Assembly: GCA_035623825.1 (NCBI GenBank)
Contig: DASPSR010000062.1
Location: 64,001-128,000 of the forward strand
Reading direction: 5' to 3'
Length of the DNA: 64,000 nucleotides
DNA from: Nitrospirota bacterium
Lineage (GTDB): Bacteria > Nitrospirota > UBA9217
Shown: one piece after another, positions 62,240-64,000 of the stretch
Layout of the letters: each line of letters opens with the position of its first letter
How positions within the stretch are numbered: the first letter of the stretch is position 1
Made by a program: the position numbers and the translations under genes
The notes under the pieces: model-generated
Database searches by the model: none
The model's input: only the letters and a program-made list of their open reading frames with translations
Told to the model about the DNA's origin: nothing

Positions 62240-62329
62240 CGACAGGGGGGCAAGGGTTCGGCAGCCAGGTCCCGGGTGAGCGTGGCCCGGAACACCGGAA
62301 CCCGCCCCCTGGCCATCAATGGTTTGACT

Positions 62330-63259
62330 ATGGCGCTCAGTTCAAAAGACCTGCTCGGTATACAAGGCATGCCCAAAGACGAGATTGAGCTCATCCTCGA
62401 TACGGCAGCGACGTTCAAGGATGTGTCCGAGCGCGACATCAAGAAGGTACCGACGCTCCGCGGGAAGACGGTCATCAATCTGTTCTACGAGGCGAGCACG
62501 CGGACCCGGACATCCTTTGAACTGGCTGGCAAGCGGCTCTCGGCCGATGTGATCAATATCTCTACATCGACATCCAGCGTAGTCAAAGGCGAGACGCTTC
62601 TTGACACGGCCCTGAACATCGAAGCCATGAAGTGCGACATCATCATTGTTCGCCATTCCTGCTCGGGCGCCCCGGCGTATCTGTCCACCCGTCTCAAGAG
62701 CTCAGTGATCAATGCCGGAGACGGATCCCACGAACATCCGACGCAGGCCCTGCTCGACATGTTCACGATTCGTGAAAAGCTCGGAAGGCTCGAAGGACTG
62801 ACGGTCGCAATCGTGGGCGACATAGAACACAGCCGCGTCGCACGATCGAACATTTACGGGCTCTCCACCATGGGGGCTAAGGTTAAGGTCTGCGGCCCTC
62901 CGACCATGATCCCGCCCGGGATAGAGCGAATGAGCGCAACAGCCTGCTATGACATGGACGAAGCTGTCGAAGGAGCGGACGTGATCATGATGCTCCGGCT
63001 CCAGCTTGAGCGCCAGGCCGCGGGCCTCTTCCCCGGGGTGCGCGAGTATGCGAGACTTTACGGACTGAATCAGGCGCGGGTCGCGCGGGCGGCAAGAAAC
63101 GCGATGGTGATGCATCCTGGCCCCATGAACCGCGGGGTGGAGATCTCGTCGGAGGTGGCCGACCATACGCCGGTTATTCTCCATCAGGTCACGAACGGGG
63201 TAGCGGTCCGGATGGCGGTGATGTTCCTGCTGGCCGGGGCGAGCAAGGCCGAGGCTTAA
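62330..63259 (+). CDS. pyrB: Aspartate carbamoyltransferase
   Basis: [17 protein letters not shown]. Confidence 0.97.
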   Translation: MALSSKDLLGIQGMPKDEIELILDTAATFKDVSERDIKKVPTLRGKTVINLFYEASTRTRTSFELAGKRLSADVINISTSTSSVVKGETLLDTALNIEAMKCDIIIVRHSCSGAPAYLSTRLKSSVINAGDGSHEHPTQALLDMFTIREKLGRLEGLTVAIVGDIEHSRVARSNIYGLSTMGAKVKVCGPPTMIPPGIERMSATACYDMDEAVEGADVIMMLRLQLERQAAGLFPGVREYARLYGLNQARVARAARNAMVMHPGPMNRGVEISSEVADHTPVILHQVTNGVAVRMAVMFLLAGASKAEA

Positions 63260-63321
63260 ATGAAAGGGCCAGGGACAAAGGTCCGGAAATCGCCCTGGAT
63301 ACGGACTCCTGGCTATAATAC

Positions 63322-64000
63322 ATGAACATTCTGATCAAAAACGGTCATATCATCGACCCGGCGGATAAGATCGACGATAACCTCGATATCCTTATCGCCG
63401 AGGGGAAGATCGCAAAGCTCGGCAAGCAGGGTACCCTATCTCAAAGCGGTGCGAAAATTGTCGATGCCGCGGGCAAAATCGTCGTCCCCGGACTTATCGA
63501 CATGCACGTGCATCTGCGCGAGCCAGGTTACGAATATAAAGAAACGATCGCGACGGGCACTGCCGCGGCAAAGGCAGGCGGGTTCACCTCGGTCTGCTGC
63601 ATGCCGAATACGAATCCGGTAAACGATAACCGCGCGGTCACCGAATTCATGCTTGTCCAGGCCGGCAGCGCGTCGGCCCGGGTTTTCCCCATCGGCGCCA
63701 TTACGAAGGGATCCAAAGGCGAGGAGCTGGCAGAGATGGGTGAGCTCTTTGCTGCCGGATGCCGTGCGATCTCTGATGACGGCAAGCCCGTGATGAACGC
63801 ATCGGTCATGCGCCGGGCAATGGAGTACTCGAAGATCTTCGACATGCTCGTCATCGCGCACTGTGAGGACAGCGCCCTGTCCGGCAAGGGTGTGATGAAC
63901 GAAGGCGATGTTTCGACGGAACTGGGGCTTCGGGGCATTCCCCGGGCGGCCGAGGATGTGATGACGGCTCGCGATATTTCGCTGGCCGAACTTACAGGCT
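63322..64000 (+). CDS. pyrC: Dihydroorotase (3' end outside window; absent from the ORF track)
   Basis: [13 protein letters not shown]...[14 protein letters not shown]...[12 protein letters not shown]. Confidence 0.95.
   Translation, partial: MNILIKNGHIIDPADKIDDNLDILIAEGKIAKLGKQGTLSQSGAKIVDAAGKIVVPGLIDMHVHLREPGYEYKETIATGTAAAKAGGFTSVCCMPNTNPVNDNRAVTEFMLVQAGSASARVFPIGAITKGSKGEELAEMGELFAAGCRAISDDGKPVMNASVMRRAMEYSKIFDMLVIAHCEDSALSGKGVMNEGDVSTELGLRGIPRAAEDVMTARDISLAELTG

Noticed and set aside
1-64000. CRISPR array, cas genes, reverse transcriptase, intact transposase or integrase, rRNA
   Set aside because: No regularly spaced repeats or diagnostic motifs seen by eye; the three tRNA-Ala copies are 1.5-1.8 kb apart and are att sites

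Overview
Bacterial chromosomal window. Gene order and content (aroE-pilBTCSR, ccsA-hemA-hemC-cobA/hemD-hemB, a c7 cytochrome, a GSU3473-like protein, a GEMM riboswitch) suggest an anaerobic Nitrospirota- or Desulfobacterota-like organism; this is inference. About 1-9.3 kb is an AT-richer accessory patch: orphan DnaA ATPase domain, HNH nuclease, SRPBCC gene with attC-like scars, an A20-type (c-AMP-GMP class) GEMM-I riboswitch, Spy/CpxP, and a receiver domain lacking its phospho-Asp. About 9.4-41.6 kb is housekeeping (pgsA, type IV pilus genes, ubiD, purC, lysS, lolCD, heme synthesis, dnaE, tRNA-Cys) with one inserted HEPN-motif gene. About 41.7-48.0 kb is a tRNA-Ala(GGC) integration hotspot with stacked mini-islands, each having an att repeat, terminator, integrase stub and its own arm-type repeats. 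The rest holds a HEAT / HD-GYP / REC-PAS-GGDEF operon, an ABC-FtsX-LolA-like-outer membrane operon, flavodoxin, LysR and the PyrR-attenuated pyrR-pyrB-pyrC operon. Best leads: (1) the HEAT and HD-GYP proteins share an unnamed N-terminal domain and the HD-GYP has a non-canonical nucleotide-specificity motif, in a window that also carries a cGAMP-class riboswitch; (2) the tRNA-Ala mini-island stack, one unit of which holds an integron-cassette-like gene; (3) the stand-alone HEPN protein. All family calls are by eye from motifs; no searches were run.
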